From assembly GCA_030704615.1 (NCBI GenBank), contig CM060733.1:56854001-56918000 (forward strand): 64,000 nt of DNA. Direction: 5' to 3'. This document shows positions 34,855 through 47,500 of this stretch, in pieces. Within the stretch, counting starts at the first letter, position 1; each line of letters begins with the position of its first letter. Both the position numbers and the translations under genes were made by a program. This DNA is from Takakia lepidozioides. Taxonomy: Eukaryota > Plantae > Bryophyta. The notes beneath the pieces were generated by a model. That model ran no database searches, was not told where the DNA came from, and saw nothing but the letters and a program-made list of their open reading frames with translations.

Positions 34855-36040
34855 TGAATACGGGAAGGAATACAAATAGGAAACACCCCATGATACACTA
34901 GCTGTAGGTCATGACTGATTGTTCTGAGCGGGCTGAGTGCTTAGAGATTTCCAACTCTTCTATCTTGGAGTTCCCACCTCGGATAGCGAAGGGATGGGTG
35001 AGTAAAAGCCGCTCGACATTTGGCGACCATACTGGGGAACTGGGTCATGAACAACCAGATGTGACAGGCATCTGGTGGGATCATGGTGGATGGAGAATTA
35101 GAGAATTTGATGTGAATCAAATTCTCTGTGAAACTGAGAAGGAAAGATTGTCCAAACGATTCTTTCAGAGGTTCTTGGAATTGCCAGACGGTTGTAAAGA
35201 AAACATTCTTAAAAGAGTGCATGATGCTGACCCTGAATGGGGTCTGGAGAAAGGAGTGATAAAGATTTATCAGGTGGCCTGTAGAGGAAGAGCACGTTGG
35301 TTACCAACACTGGTTTATGTGATAGCATTGCTATCCATTAAGCGAGTAGAGTTTGAAGGCTGGGAGGAAAGAAGGTGAATGTTTATACTCATGCATGAAG
35401 AGCTTGTACTGGTAAAGAATTGGATTTCCAAAAGATATTTTGTGGATAAAACTCACACCAAGAACAACTTTCCAGACTTTTTGCCATATGGTTGTATTGT
35501 AATGGAGACTTCTAGTATAGCCAAGGGTGCATTGAAGCTTGAAAGAAACTGTCACGCGGCTTATACTCACCCATCCCTTCGCTATCCGAGGTGGGAACTC
35601 CAAGATAGAAGAGTTGGAAATCTCTAAGCACTCAGCCCGCTCAGAACAATCAGTCATGACCTACAGCTAGTGTATCATGGGGGTGTTTCCTATTTGTATT
35701 CCTTCCCGTATTCATGTTAGCTAGTTACCTTACTGTTGGTATTTAAGTATCAGATTGCTTCAGCAATCTATCGGATTCCATCAACTCATCCATTCATTCC
35801 ACAGCTTCACTCCGATCTCTCTACACAGGGTGAGTATGAAATATGTATCAGATTAATATCTATCAAGTATCAGGCTGAAGCCATGGAGTCTCTAATCTGC
35901 TCTACATTACAACTCTACTGCTTGCATTCATCAAGCATCAACAGATCGTTCTCCTCCTACTCCGTGCTCTCCCTCTTTCTACTCAGAGATGCGCTCTCCG
36001 CTTCATTTCTCAAAAGTGATGCCCGAAGTCCTTCAAGAAG
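34529..36040. repeat. Long inverted repeat, ~484-bp arms (34529-35012 and 35556-36040), ~540-bp loop
   Basis: Arms are near-perfect reverse complements. The ORF track gives the same peptides on opposite strands (MVFKYQIASA.., MTDCSERAEC..). Confidence 0.95.
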
Positions 36041-36099
36041 TAGTCCCCAAGAAGTGGTCCCACTAAGCTACCACCACCCCTCGTGGAACCACCACCTTG

Positions 36100-36440
36100 A
36101 GTGCCTTGGGCATTCAAGGGTGCTTCAGCCCCCGTATCTATTGTTGCCACTGCCCCCACCACGGGGGCAGCCCCTCTTGTGTCCCGACCCCCTGCCCTCA
36201 AGGCAAAAGGCCGCAACAAAATCTATCACGCCGACACCAGTCAAGGCGTTGCCCTCAGGCTCCGTGGCCCTGCCACCATCCTCTGGGCTGAACTCATGGC
36301 CATTTATGACTCCCTCTCTCTACTTGACACCTTCCCCCCCCCCCCACACTACATCTTCACCGACAGCCTTACCTCACTATTCCTCATTCGCAACCACATC
36401 TCCCACCCCTCTGCCCATCATCATCACCCCGACCCTGTAT
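36100..36440 (+). mobile_element. Non-LTR retrotransposon RNase H fragment
   Basis: IYHADTS..ILWAELMAI..YIFTDSLTSL resembles the RNase H AEL.AI and IFTDS motifs. Confidence 0.6.
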
Positions 36441-37849
36441 GCCTCCAGTCTGGCATGTCAGAATAGGAAACCATGACAACATCCTCCCAAACAATTACAT
36501 AACCTCTCAATTGGTTGAGAGCACTTGAATGTTGGTCCACTCATTGAGGTGCACTTGGTTCAGCAAATGTGCATAGAGTTATGTAGTCCCTCTTCAAGTC
36601 CCTCTCAGGTCCCCATGGGAGAGGAGAGATTGGATTTGTATGGGTGATTGCTGAAGAATTATGTGGCTATCTTCCAAGACCTAAAATGATCACAGGGTGT
36701 AAAAGGTGGGAAAGGTAAGTTCCTCACAGTTTCAGTTCTCAAAATAAAGTCCTCTATGTGAGTAAAGCCGGATTGATTTATGTCGTAGGATAGCCTATTT
36801 GGTGCCATCAAAGTACTTAAGGGTGATCATTTTCAACAGGCAAACGAACTAGTATGCATAATAATTGGGAGAGGGGATATGACCAACATACTGTAAATGT
36901 AATACTGTAGCTATGACATTGTTTCAAAGCTATGAGCAAGTGGCTGCACTGTTGTGTAGTGCCGTTTGCAGGATTTTATATTCTTCTCTCAGTAAGTGGA
37001 ACGTACTTGGGTCTAAAAACCCTCCTCTAACACTATTCTTTCTTTGAATTTTGGTCCCCTGATCTGTTTCGATTAAGTATTTTCTTACTTTCTGAGCCTC
37101 CAGGACTTGGAGAGCTCAATGCTGACAGGTATATAGATCTGCACATGGAAGTGTTATGTGCATGTGTTGCCATTACATCAAACACTCCAGCTTTGTATCA
37201 TGGATCTAGGCATTGGGGCATGTTATCAGTGGAGAGGTGGGTAAGACTCGGTGGCACCTGTGGATGACAACGACGCTTGTCACTGAATTGCTGGTGGTTA
37301 AAAATGTTTTGATTGTAGTGTTCTGGGTACCCCACTCTGTGTTCTTTTGCTCACTCCATGGCTGCTAGCGTGCTTCCGCCTGCAGCCCCTCAGTGTCACT
37401 CGTTTGGGCTTTTTTCACTCCCAATACTTGTTTGGCTTTTGTCACGACTTTGACAGTTGGAGAAGCTTCCTGAGCTGCCCTACATACTCTGTCATGGTTC
37501 CTGCCATTACCAAGTATAGTCTAAATGAGTAAAGCCAAGTCGTTCATCTTTGTGGTAGTTTTGCTTATCCATGGCGAAAGGTCAGAACATAACACAACAT
37601 ATTTCTATAAACATAACTCAAATGACCAGCAATCTTCACGACCTGAACTTGACACTCTTCTTACGCCTAAAGCTCATTGCAACAATCTGTCCACCACAAT
37701 GTGATTTCACCAGTACTAACTATCGCATCATACAACATAGGTCCCATTGTCGGCTTTGTAAGTTAGGTCCAGTTGGATCGAGTTTTGATCTGTTACTGCT
37801 GCTAGAGTTGCAGGCATATTTCCTACAACCATGGGTAGATGGCCAATTG

Positions 37850-39078
37850 GAAGCAAGGGCAGCAGAGTTGTTGGAATCAGGCACTTCCTCTGTGATGACT
37901 GCTTTTGAAAGAGGACCAAGAGAGGGAGTCCACAAGAACACCTCTAGCTCTTGTGGGGACTTGAAGACCCTATGTATGGCAGGAGGATTAAAAGATGCAA
38001 TGCACCTTTTGAACCAAGGGGGCGTTTTACCAAACTCCAGTACATAATCCTGTCTCTTACAGGAGTGCATCAAGATGAGAGGCCTAGCAGAGGGAAAGCA
38101 GGTGCATGCCCACATGATCCAAAGTGGACTCAAGCCAAACACCCTCATCAACATGCATGCCAAGTGCGGAAGCATACAAGATGCACGCCTAGTGTTTGAC
38201 AAAATCTATGAACGGGATATGTATACATGGAATACAATGGTGGTAGGATATGCTAAGCATGGGTGTGGTAGGGAGGCTTTGGAGACCTATGAGCAAATGG
38301 TTCAGGAAGGGGTGAAACCCAATCACGTCACGTTCGTTTGCATTCTCAAAGCCTGCGCCCGCCTAGCAGCCTTGGAGAAGGGCAAAGAGGTACATGGTGA
38401 CATCTTGAAAGCGAGAATTGTGCCAGACATGATTCTGGGCACTGCCCTGGTTGACATGTATGCCAAATGCGGGAGCAGAAATGATGCAAAACTGTTTTTG
38501 ACAATATGGCCCAACGGAATGTGGTCTCATGGAATGCAATGATTGCAGGATATGCCCATCACGGGTGTGGTAGGGAGGTTTTGGAGACCTATGAGCACAT
38601 GAGACGAGAAGGGGTGACACCCAACCATGTCACCTTCGTTTGTGTTGTTAATGCATGTGCCAGCCTGGCAGCCCTTGAGAAGGGCAAAGAGGTCCATGCC
38701 AACATTATGAAGTGCCAGATGTCATTATGCACACTGCCCTGTTGGACATGTATGCTAAATGCGGGAGCATAAATGATGCAAATCGGATGTTCGACAGTAC
38801 AACTCAAAGAGATGTGGTCTCATGGAATGCAATGATCGTAGGATATGCCCAACATGGATGTGGTATGGAGGCTTGGGAGACCTATAGGCAAATGATATGG
38901 AAAATGGTAATGCCCACCCATGTCACGTTCGTTTGTGTTCTCAATGCTTGTGCCAGCCTGGCAGCCCTGGAAAGGGCAAAGAGGTCCATGTTGACATCGT
39001 GAATCTGGAATTGTGCCAGATACCATTCTGGAGACATGTATGCCAAATGCGGGAGCATAAATGATGCAAATTGGGTGT
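37850..39078 (+). pseudogene. Degenerate PLS-type PPR pseudogene, paralog of the 61220-64000 gene
   Basis: N-terminal [16 protein letters not shown]...LNQGG is shared with that gene. About three PLS triplets with stops and frameshifts. Cut off at ~39080. Confidence 0.9.
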
Positions 39079-39289
39079 TAGCGACGGGGGTCTCCTATGC
39101 CTGAAAGATTACCTCGATATCAGCCAAAGGAAGGACTGACATTTCCAGGTAGTGTTCAATCATCTCCATCAACCAGTGACAGGACTCGAGCTCGCACAAG
39201 GAGTCCTTCACGAGACTCTAACCGTCAGAAGGGTGCTCGCTCACAAAGGTTTCTAAATCCCAAACAGTAAACCGTGAGGACACGGCTTT

Positions 39290-39908
39290 TTGAGAGGGGG
39301 AGGGGTAAATGTTAGAGGGCTGCTTGGGACTTAGACGCTTTCACGGGATCTGTGGGGTACCCTTAATTTTTACACAGACTGAGACCAACAGGAGCCTTAG
39401 GGGTGACAGCAACAGGCTTTAAGGGGGGAGATACACAGCCCAACACAGTCCATCACAGCCCGACACAGCCAACACAGCCAGTCACAGTCAAACACAGCCC
39501 GTCACAGTCCAACACAGCCAGTCACAGTCAACACAGCCCGTCACAGCTTCACACAGTTGCACAGCCAGTCACAGCTCGACACAGCCCGACACAGTCCATC
39601 ACAGTCCAACACAGCCCGTCACAGCCCACACAGTCGCACAGCTTCAGACAGCCAACACAGCCCGACACAGCCGCCACAGCTTCGCACAGCCCTACACAGC
39701 CCTACACAGCCAGTCACAGCCCGCCACAGCCTGATACAGCCAGTCACAGCTCGGCACAGCTGGGGAATAGTTACCATTGGCAGGGAACGACTGTGGGGGA
39801 ACGACATCTGAAAAAGGAACGTGTACTACAGAGATACCGGTTAGTTAGGAAAGCGGTTAGAATGGCTAGTAAAGAGATTAAGCGGGAAGCGGGGACATCT
39901 CGGGGGAT
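39290..39908 (+). mobile_element. Polypurine tract and 3' LTR with CACAGC minisatellite
   Basis: GAGAGGGGGAGGGGTAAA followed by TGTTAG at 39310. Minisatellite at 39433-39760. Homologous to 33988-34508. Confidence 0.65.
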
Positions 39909-40781
39909 CTAAGTATAGGAAAATGTAGGCTCAGAGGTATGCGCGCAGTAGATGTTTCTTATGTGTTGTTGTTTGATGGTGTAAAATGGAAAACCTCTAG
40001 GTTACTTGGATAAGAACATATCTCGTAGCAAGCTCGTGAAGAATTTGTTGAAACATAAGGTGAGGTGTAAGAAGGATGACAAACATTCGTTCACCAAATA
40101 TGCAGTGAACGAAGATGTCGAATCCATCAACAGTGAACCCATTGAAAGCTTGAAGCCTTGAACAATGTCAAAAAAACGATCAAACTCCGTCAAGACTAGG
40201 ATACTTACTCGTAGCCATAAGCAAGGTGCATACGTGCATACTTCGTTTTTGTTTTTATTAGAGAAAGAGGGCAGTGGCCCTTTTACTCACTTTCGTATTT
40301 ATAGTGGTTGTGAAATCAGCCACCTTACTAGTTTATTGGAATCACGCTATCATCGTGTTTTTTCTAATTCTATGTTCTTGTTGTTATTCCGTGCTTGGAG
40401 TTTAAATGAACTTAGGAAGAAAACTTCCCTGAACCTGTGACATGGGGGAGGACATCATGGATGCGCTCAAGGGTCTATCCCACTCTTGGCACCAGACCTA
40501 AATTTAAAGTCAGGGCAGGAAGACTACCTTTGAACAGTAAACAGAAGCAGAGAGAGGAAAGGGGTGCAATTTCCCTGACGTACCTCTGCTGCTGTTGTTG
40601 TTGCTGCTGCTGGTGCTTGAAGTGAGCTGGCGCGGCGAGCTGCTGCAGTACTATCGCAGGACCCGCGCCGCTGCAGGGCGTCTCTCCCCCGCTCACCACG
40701 GCTCTCTCTCTCTTCAGCTCGTTAGGTCGCGCCTCTGCACGGAGTTCTTATCACACATGGGAGAGAGACATCAGCCCGTGC

Positions 40782-41782
40782 TTAGGGCGACAAGTCGTTG
40801 TGCAGGACACCATTCTTGTGGACAACAGTGCCCATGCAAGTTTACTGCGCATTTTTCGGAAACGAAGCAAGCGATCACATTCCTGGAACTCTGCTTCCGT
40901 TCCCATTTGTTCCAAAATCACCTTGTTATCCAAATCGTTGCCCCATTTTCTATCAAGGTTCATCATGTCGTGTATTGTCCCCCCATTCCACCAGCGAGTG
41001 TAACCTTCTACCTCACATGTATTCATAGCAAAATATGAGATAACACCCGGATGCTGGAACTTCACTGCCAAACATTCGTCGTTATGTTGTCTCAACACAT
41101 TTTCTGGATTTTTGGACTTGGGTTTTTTTCCCGCTAGCTCCCAACGTTCCGGTATTCTAGAATCGCCAATAATCCTACACTGACGGACCTTAGCATACCC
41201 TTCTTCTTTGTAAGGGCCAATCTCTACCACCTTCGCATTAGAGTTCAGGTAATAAAGACCAGTTGTGTCTCCCCCGCCCGATGACCCTGCCTTCCAATGG
41301 ACAACCCTAGTCCGGCGATGTGAATTCTGACTTGCCGAGCAAGCCCAATATTCAACAGGCCGCATTAACTCAGCTTCGGCGGAGGGCACTCGACCCTCGG
41401 TTGCTCTACCCTTTCATGTCTTCATTAGCTGCCTCAAATTCCACGTGACGTCTTTCGCCCTGCTTTGGATCTACCGATTGAACTTCGGTTTGTCCCTGTC
41501 CGCTGTCCGCTTAGCCCCCGCCAAAGCGTTTGTCATTTTTCTCTCAATATTTTGCTGGAAAATCTGAAACCCCTCCTATCTATGCCTGACATAAGCACTC
41601 TCCAGCCTCATCATGTCCCTACCCTTGAAATAATCCACTACCACTTCTTGCATCCTATCCAAGACATCCGGTCCTGGGTAGTCTGGCTTGTTGACCTGGC
41701 TATCTCGCTCGTGTGCACGTTTTTTCTTCCTCCGACCCCCAGACGACCCCGCCCCAAAACTTGAATTCACAACCCCCGACAT
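40782..41782 (-). pseudogene. Second copy of the intronless kinase, truncated after HNDLSP
   Basis: MSG..RRKKKRAHERDSQVNKPDYP, EEGYAKVR, WELAGK, HNDECLAVKFQH and WWNGGTI are collinear with 15453-16829. TATATAAA upstream at ~42103-42110 on the minus strand. Confidence 0.85.
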
Positions 41783-42118
41783 TGTATAAACCTTTGCCCA
41801 CAACAGGGTCCAAAATCTCAAAAAACGGCAATGAATGCGTGTGAATGGTGTCTTCGTAGTTTTCTGCAAAAAAAACAGGCCGCCGAATATCCGAAAACGG
41901 CAAAATGGTGATACGATGATTGAACCGTGAATAAGTGTGTGGGACTGACCAATACAAAACTGACAAAACCTCCCCCCCCAAATAATCACCTTTGCACCTC
42001 CCGTTGGTAGTGCCAAACAACGAAGTCCGAAAGGACTACCGGATGCCAATGAACTTCACCACGAGAGGGGCAAAAAGTGATCAGAAAAAAAGGGGGGAAT
42101 GGTTTATATAGGCGCCCA

Positions 42119-42190
42119 CACTACAAAAGATGAGCGTTTTTAGGACTACGGCTTTGGCGGAGTCGTTGTAAGTTAGGTCGTTGGGTAGAT
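42119..42190 (+). mobile_element. Possible CACTA transposon terminus
   Basis: CACTACAAAAGA just upstream of the kinase TATA box, followed by GACTAC/GTCGTT motifs. Confidence 0.35.
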
Positions 42191-42324
42191 CTGTGGTGGT
42201 TTGGAGTGACTTTGGCAAGTACTGCCAGTGTGGCAGCAGGGAAGTATCCAAAAACATATAATAGAGGTGAGAAGAAGCTTTGGGGTGAACACTTTCCGAC
42301 CCCAGTCAATGATGGGACAATGGA

Positions 42325-43593
42325 GACAAAACTGACCAATGAGGCTCTTCTCATTCCAGTCGAGGTCGCACGCAAGTTGTCGAAATTCGGCAGCATAAAC
42401 GGAAGCTGGACGTGCACCTTGTCGAAGATTTCGCATCTTTGTCTCTGCAACTCTCTCTCTATCATTCTCTCCAAATGTTGCAGTAAACTCGGACATGAAC
42501 GCTTCAAAATTGTATAGTAAATGCGAATTTTTCTCTAATAGTGGTGCAAACCAAGATAGAGCAGTGCCTGATAGAAGGGTGCCCACGAATCCCACTTGAA
42601 TACCTTCATCAGAGTAGCGTTGTGGATGTAGTCGTAGCAACAATAGTACTTGTTGAACAAAACCACGAAATCTTGATCTCGTCCCATCAAATTTCTCGGG
42701 CATGCTGACATTTGGTTCCCTTGTAATCTGTTGAAGATTTGGAGGAACCGTTGCAGTAGGATTTGTTGTAGTAGGGACTCGTAAGGTTGAAGATCCATTG
42801 TTCGACTCCTTCAACTCTAAAATTTGTTGTTGCAAATTGTTGAAAGCATTGTCAAGGTCTTGAGATTGATTAGCTTGTAGTTGGGCAGTAGAGGCACGAA
42901 GTTCTTGCATCTGGAGCTGAAGACTCTGCAATGTGACGACCATTTCCGCAAATGTGTCTTTCATCTTAACTAACTAAGGAACAAACAGTCTCGTCAAACT
43001 GTCAAGAACGGGACATGACTGAACCCAAACAAGAGATCATACTAGAGGTACAAGACTAGACAAGAAGTCAAGGTCGGCGTGGCCGTATGCACGATAAGTA
43101 AATAGGAATCAAGACGATTTTTATAACAATGAACAAGAGTACAATATATTGGAACACGACTTGAATATTGGAAACTGGACTGAAGTACCAGATACTGGAA
43201 ACTGGGCTAGAGTACTGGGAACTGGAAATAAAAGTAGTTTGAATTGGTGTTGGCGAGACTGAAGAGTGTCCACTCTCGCCTCCTATATATACTGGCTACT
43301 AAGAAGCTTCCCTAAGAAGCTTCCCCTATGGAGGTTGCTTGCTGGAGAAGTTTTCAAGATTAAACAAAGGTTTCTTGATGGAGAAGCTCCTTAAGCAAAT
43401 GAGGTATCTTGATGGAGAAGTTTCATCCAAAGGAAGCTTCCTGAGCAGTTTCCCAAGTTACTCTTGGTAATTTGATAAACTCCCGGTAACTTGATAAAAA
43501 ATGATAAATCACGGTAAGTCGTGGTAACTTTCGGTAACATGGTAACTTTTGGTATTTACTCCTGGTAAGTTTTTCTGAGCTATGTCCGTGACA
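42325..43593 (-). mobile_element. gag: Truncated chromovirus copy: 5' LTR (43000-43593) and partial gag
   Basis: LTR is the reverse complement of 44542-45152. gag MKDTFAEMV..PEKFDGTRSRFRGF..LRQG..YAAEF matches 45190-45830. Confidence 0.92.
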
Positions 43594-43696
43594 CATAGTA
43601 ACGGCCTTCGTAAGCTCAGTCGTGGTTACGAATATGACTGGTGCTCCAATCATCCATTAGGCCGCGGATCATGAAGCGAGTTATCATTCGACACCC

Positions 43697-43904
43697 GTTT
43701 TTTAAATTTATTTTTTAATGTAATGGAAACACTTGGGAGTGACAGCTCACAAATCAGGCCCCCTTAATCGTATAACCTCTTTCACAGTAACCCCGCCATG
43801 TGGCGTTGGAATGGGACACCACCCAGGAACATCGTTAGTAGCAAGATTTGACCCTATAATCGTCTGGGTGGCATTCGGTGCACTTCACCAACTGAGCTAC
43901 TGAC
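43697..43904 (-). mobile_element. tRNA-derived SINE
   Basis: On the minus strand: A box TAGCTCAGTTGG, degenerate B box GGGTCAAATC, A-rich tail. The 3' body recurs at 53938-54075. Confidence 0.6.
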
Positions 43905-44229
43905 TGTTGGTATCTCATTCAACTCTTACTAAACATCGAGTGAACAGTGGAACTTGCTTTATGAACCAAATAGAAACTGTTTTTTCTCCTGAAGTTTATA
44001 CATAATGTTTCTTTATTGCTCATATTATATATTAATAGACAAACAATTATTTATATCTTTATATTTATATTTAAAATGATCCATTTAAATTCATTTAAAT
44101 GATTTAAAAAATACATATTCAGATATTTCTCCTTATTTCTGGACCAAACTTTAGCAGATTTACTTTAAATTGTATTATGCTCTATTGTTGGCAGAAGTGT
44201 CGTAATTAAGAAATAAGTTTATGACAGAC

Positions 44230-44541
44230 AGATCATGTGGATTTCAATATCTGTATCTGAAAGCCTTGACAATGGGTCAATCTTTTGCTGGGGTATGACA
44301 ACAGCTTGTTCTAGTGTTTCCAGCAAGCCAGAAGAGCAACAAGAGCATAGTAAGGCTTCCCCCACCTTGAGGACTCTGTTAGCAATATGCCACAGGAAAG
44401 TCGACAATTTTGCAGGTCTTGTTTTATTCCAGATGGGTTTCCAGTTCTCATCAACAAATCCGTAAGACTGTCATTTTGCATTCCATTTCGCAAGGAGAGG
44501 TTGGGGAGAGGCGAGGATCTTTAAGCCTTTTTGGTAGACTT
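44230..44541 (-). mobile_element. L1-like LINE ORF2 fragment (zf-RVT region)
   Basis: Translation gives ENWKPIWNKTRPAKLSTFLWHIANRVLKVGE. Confidence 0.6.
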
Positions 44542-47500
44542 TGTCGCGGACATAGTCCAGAAGAACTTATCAGGAGTAAATACCAGAAGTTACCAAGTTA
44601 TCATGTTACCGGAAGTTACCACGATTTACCGTGATTTATCATTACTTACCATATTACCGGGAGTTTACCAAATTATCAAGAGTAACTTGGGAAACTGCTC
44701 AGGAAGCTTTCTTTGGAGGAAACTTCTCTATCAAGATACCTCCTTTGTTTAAGGAAGCTTCTCCATCAAGAAATATTTGTTTACTCTTGAAAACTTCTTC
44801 ATCAAGAAACCTCCATAGGGGAAGCTTCTTATGAGACTTTTTAGTAGCCAGCATATATATGAGGCGAGACTGGACACTCTTCAGTCTCGCCAACACTAGT
44901 TCAAGTTACTCTTGTTTCCAGTTCCCAATACTCTAGCCCAGTTTCCAGTATCTGGTACTTCAGTCCAGTTTCCAACATTCCAGTATTCAAGTCGTGTTCC
45001 AATATCTTGTACTATTGGTCATTGTTATAAAGATCGTCTTGATTCATATTTACTCATCGTGCATACGGCCACGCCGACCTTGATTTTCTGTCTAGTCTTG
45101 TACCTCTAGTATGATCTCTTGTTTGTGTTCAGTCATGTTCTTGTCCTTGACAGTTTGGCGAGACTAAAGTTTGTTCCTTAGTTGGTTAAGATGGAAGGCA
45201 CATTTGCGGAAATGGTTGTTACATTGTAGAGTTTTCAGCTCTAGATGCAAGAACTTCGTGCCTCTACTGCCCAACTACAAGTTGATCAGTCTCAAGATTT
45301 TGGCAACGCTCTCAACAATTTGCAACAACAAATTTCAGAGTTGAAGGAGACGAACAATGGATCTTCAACCTTACGAGTCCCTATTACAGCAAATCATACT
45401 GCAACGGTTCCTCCAAATCTTCAACAGATTAGAAGGGAATCAAAGGTCAACATGCCCGAAAAATTTGATGGAACGAGATCAAGATTTCGCGGTTTTATTC
45501 AACAAGTACGATTGTTCCTACGACTACATCCACAATGTTACCCTGATGAAGATATTCAAGTGGGATTTGTAGACACCCTTCTATCAGGCACTGCCCTATC
45601 TTGGTTTGCACCGCTATTAGAGAAAAAATCGCATTTACTATACAATTTTGAAGCGTTCATGTCCGAGTTCACTGCAACGTTTGGAGAAAATGATAGAGAG
45701 AGAGTTGCAGAGACAAAGATGTGAAATCTTCGACAAGGAGCACGTCCAGCTTCCGTTTATGCTGCCGAATTTCGACAACTTGCGTGCGACCTCAACTGGG
45801 ATGAGAAGAGTCTCATTAGTCAATTTCGATATAGCCTAAAAGAGGATGTAAAAGATTTGTTGCTCACAACGCCAAACGTGAGTACACTGAGCGAATTCAT
45901 CACCCAAGTCATTGCTGCGTTCGAAAGACGTCAAGAGAAGCGATCTGGATGGTCGACGACACACCATGCCGCTGCTACTATGGCACCAAACACAACGATC
46001 CATCAGACATCTGGTAATGATCCTATGCAAATTGATGCTGTCCGATTCAAGCCATTGACGCCACAAGAAAAACAAAGATGACGCTCAAATGGATTATGCC
46101 TTTATTGCGGAGAAGATGATCACATAACATTAAACTATCATAACAAGAGAAGATTCAAAACTCGGGGCACAACTCAAGTATTCGATATGAGGAGGTCGGA
46201 AAACGAAGATGTCCAGTCACAGTAGAGACCATGTGGCTGGATACCCCAAATTCCTCACCCAAAAAATGTCTCTTTCTACCTCCAGACCTTGTACCTTGTT
46301 TCACAGTTCGAGTAAAGATCAGGATGCAAAATCGAGACATCTCCGTAGAAGCACTTTAGGACTCGGACGCTTCAACGTGTTTTATTGACAAAGACTTTGC
46401 GAAGCAACACAATTTAACGCTCGTAAGAAATTCTCGGCCCCTGTTGAAGTCATCGATGGACGACTGTTATCATAAGAAAATATTGACCATGAAACTCGAC
46501 CCCTTGAAGTGAAGCTTAAAATTCAAGCATCACAGATTGTTTTCAATGTCATCCAGTCTCCAACGAATCTTGTGATCCTTGGATTTTCCTGGTTTGTATT
46601 TTATAATCTTGACATCGACTGGCGATCACGAAAAATTTTGGCAAGACAAAAATGCAAAAATATCAAAGGTATTCAACCCCTGTTTCTTGGAGCTAGAGCT
46701 TTCATGAGAGCTACGAAGAAAGACGCGACATTTGCACTTTATGCGACTCCGATCAAAACCACAACAGACCAAGGTACTCCGACATTACCCACTCAATATC
46801 AAGATTTCAAGGATGTCTTCGAGAAGAAAAATGCAGACATGTTGCCAGAACATTGACCTTATGATTGTGCAATTGAGTTGCAAGAAGGAGCTCAACCACC
46901 ATTCGGCCCGATCTACAATTATCTCAGACGGAGCTGGCTGCTTTACGCGAATACATTGATAAAAAATTGTCAAAGAATTTCATTCGACATTCGAAATCAC
47001 CCGCGGGAGCACCTATCTTATTTGTGAAAAAGAATGACGGATCGTTACGCATGTGTGTGGACTATCGTGGGCTCAACAAAATCACTATAAAAAATCGTTA
47101 TCCACTACCGCTGATTTCTGGACTCCTCGAACAACTTGGACGAGCAATTTTTTTTCACAAAGATCGACTTGAGATGAGCTTACAACCTTGTACGAATAAA
47201 AGAAAGAGACGAATGGAAGACTGTTTTTCGCACAAGGTACGGACATTTCGAATACAATGTTATGCCTTTCGGTCTCACAAATGCTCTAGCAATTTTTCAA
47301 CACATGATGAATGACATCTTTCGAGAATTTTTAGATGACTTTGTAGTTATCTATTTAGACGACATTTTGAGATTTTCACAGAATGAAGAAGAACATGGTC
47401 GTCATGTACGCATTGTCCTTGATAAATTGAGGGAAAAAAAAATATACGTCAAGTTGAAAAAATGTCTTTTTCACCAATCTGAAGTCGAATTTTTGGGCTA

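Noticed and set aside
39403-39912. S/T/Q/H-rich 169-aa protein
   Set aside because: Translation of the CACAGC minisatellite.
40585-40615. PolyQ or polyC protein
   Set aside because: Short CTG/TTG microsatellite with no surrounding gene evidence.
43835-43904. tRNA gene
   Set aside because: The B box is degenerate, no convincing cloverleaf is evident, and it continues into a repeated body and A tail, so a SINE is more likely.
43000-45152. Large TIR element formed by the inverted pair 43000-43593 and 44542-45152
   Set aside because: Both are 5' LTRs of separate, divergently oriented chromovirus copies, each followed by its own gag.
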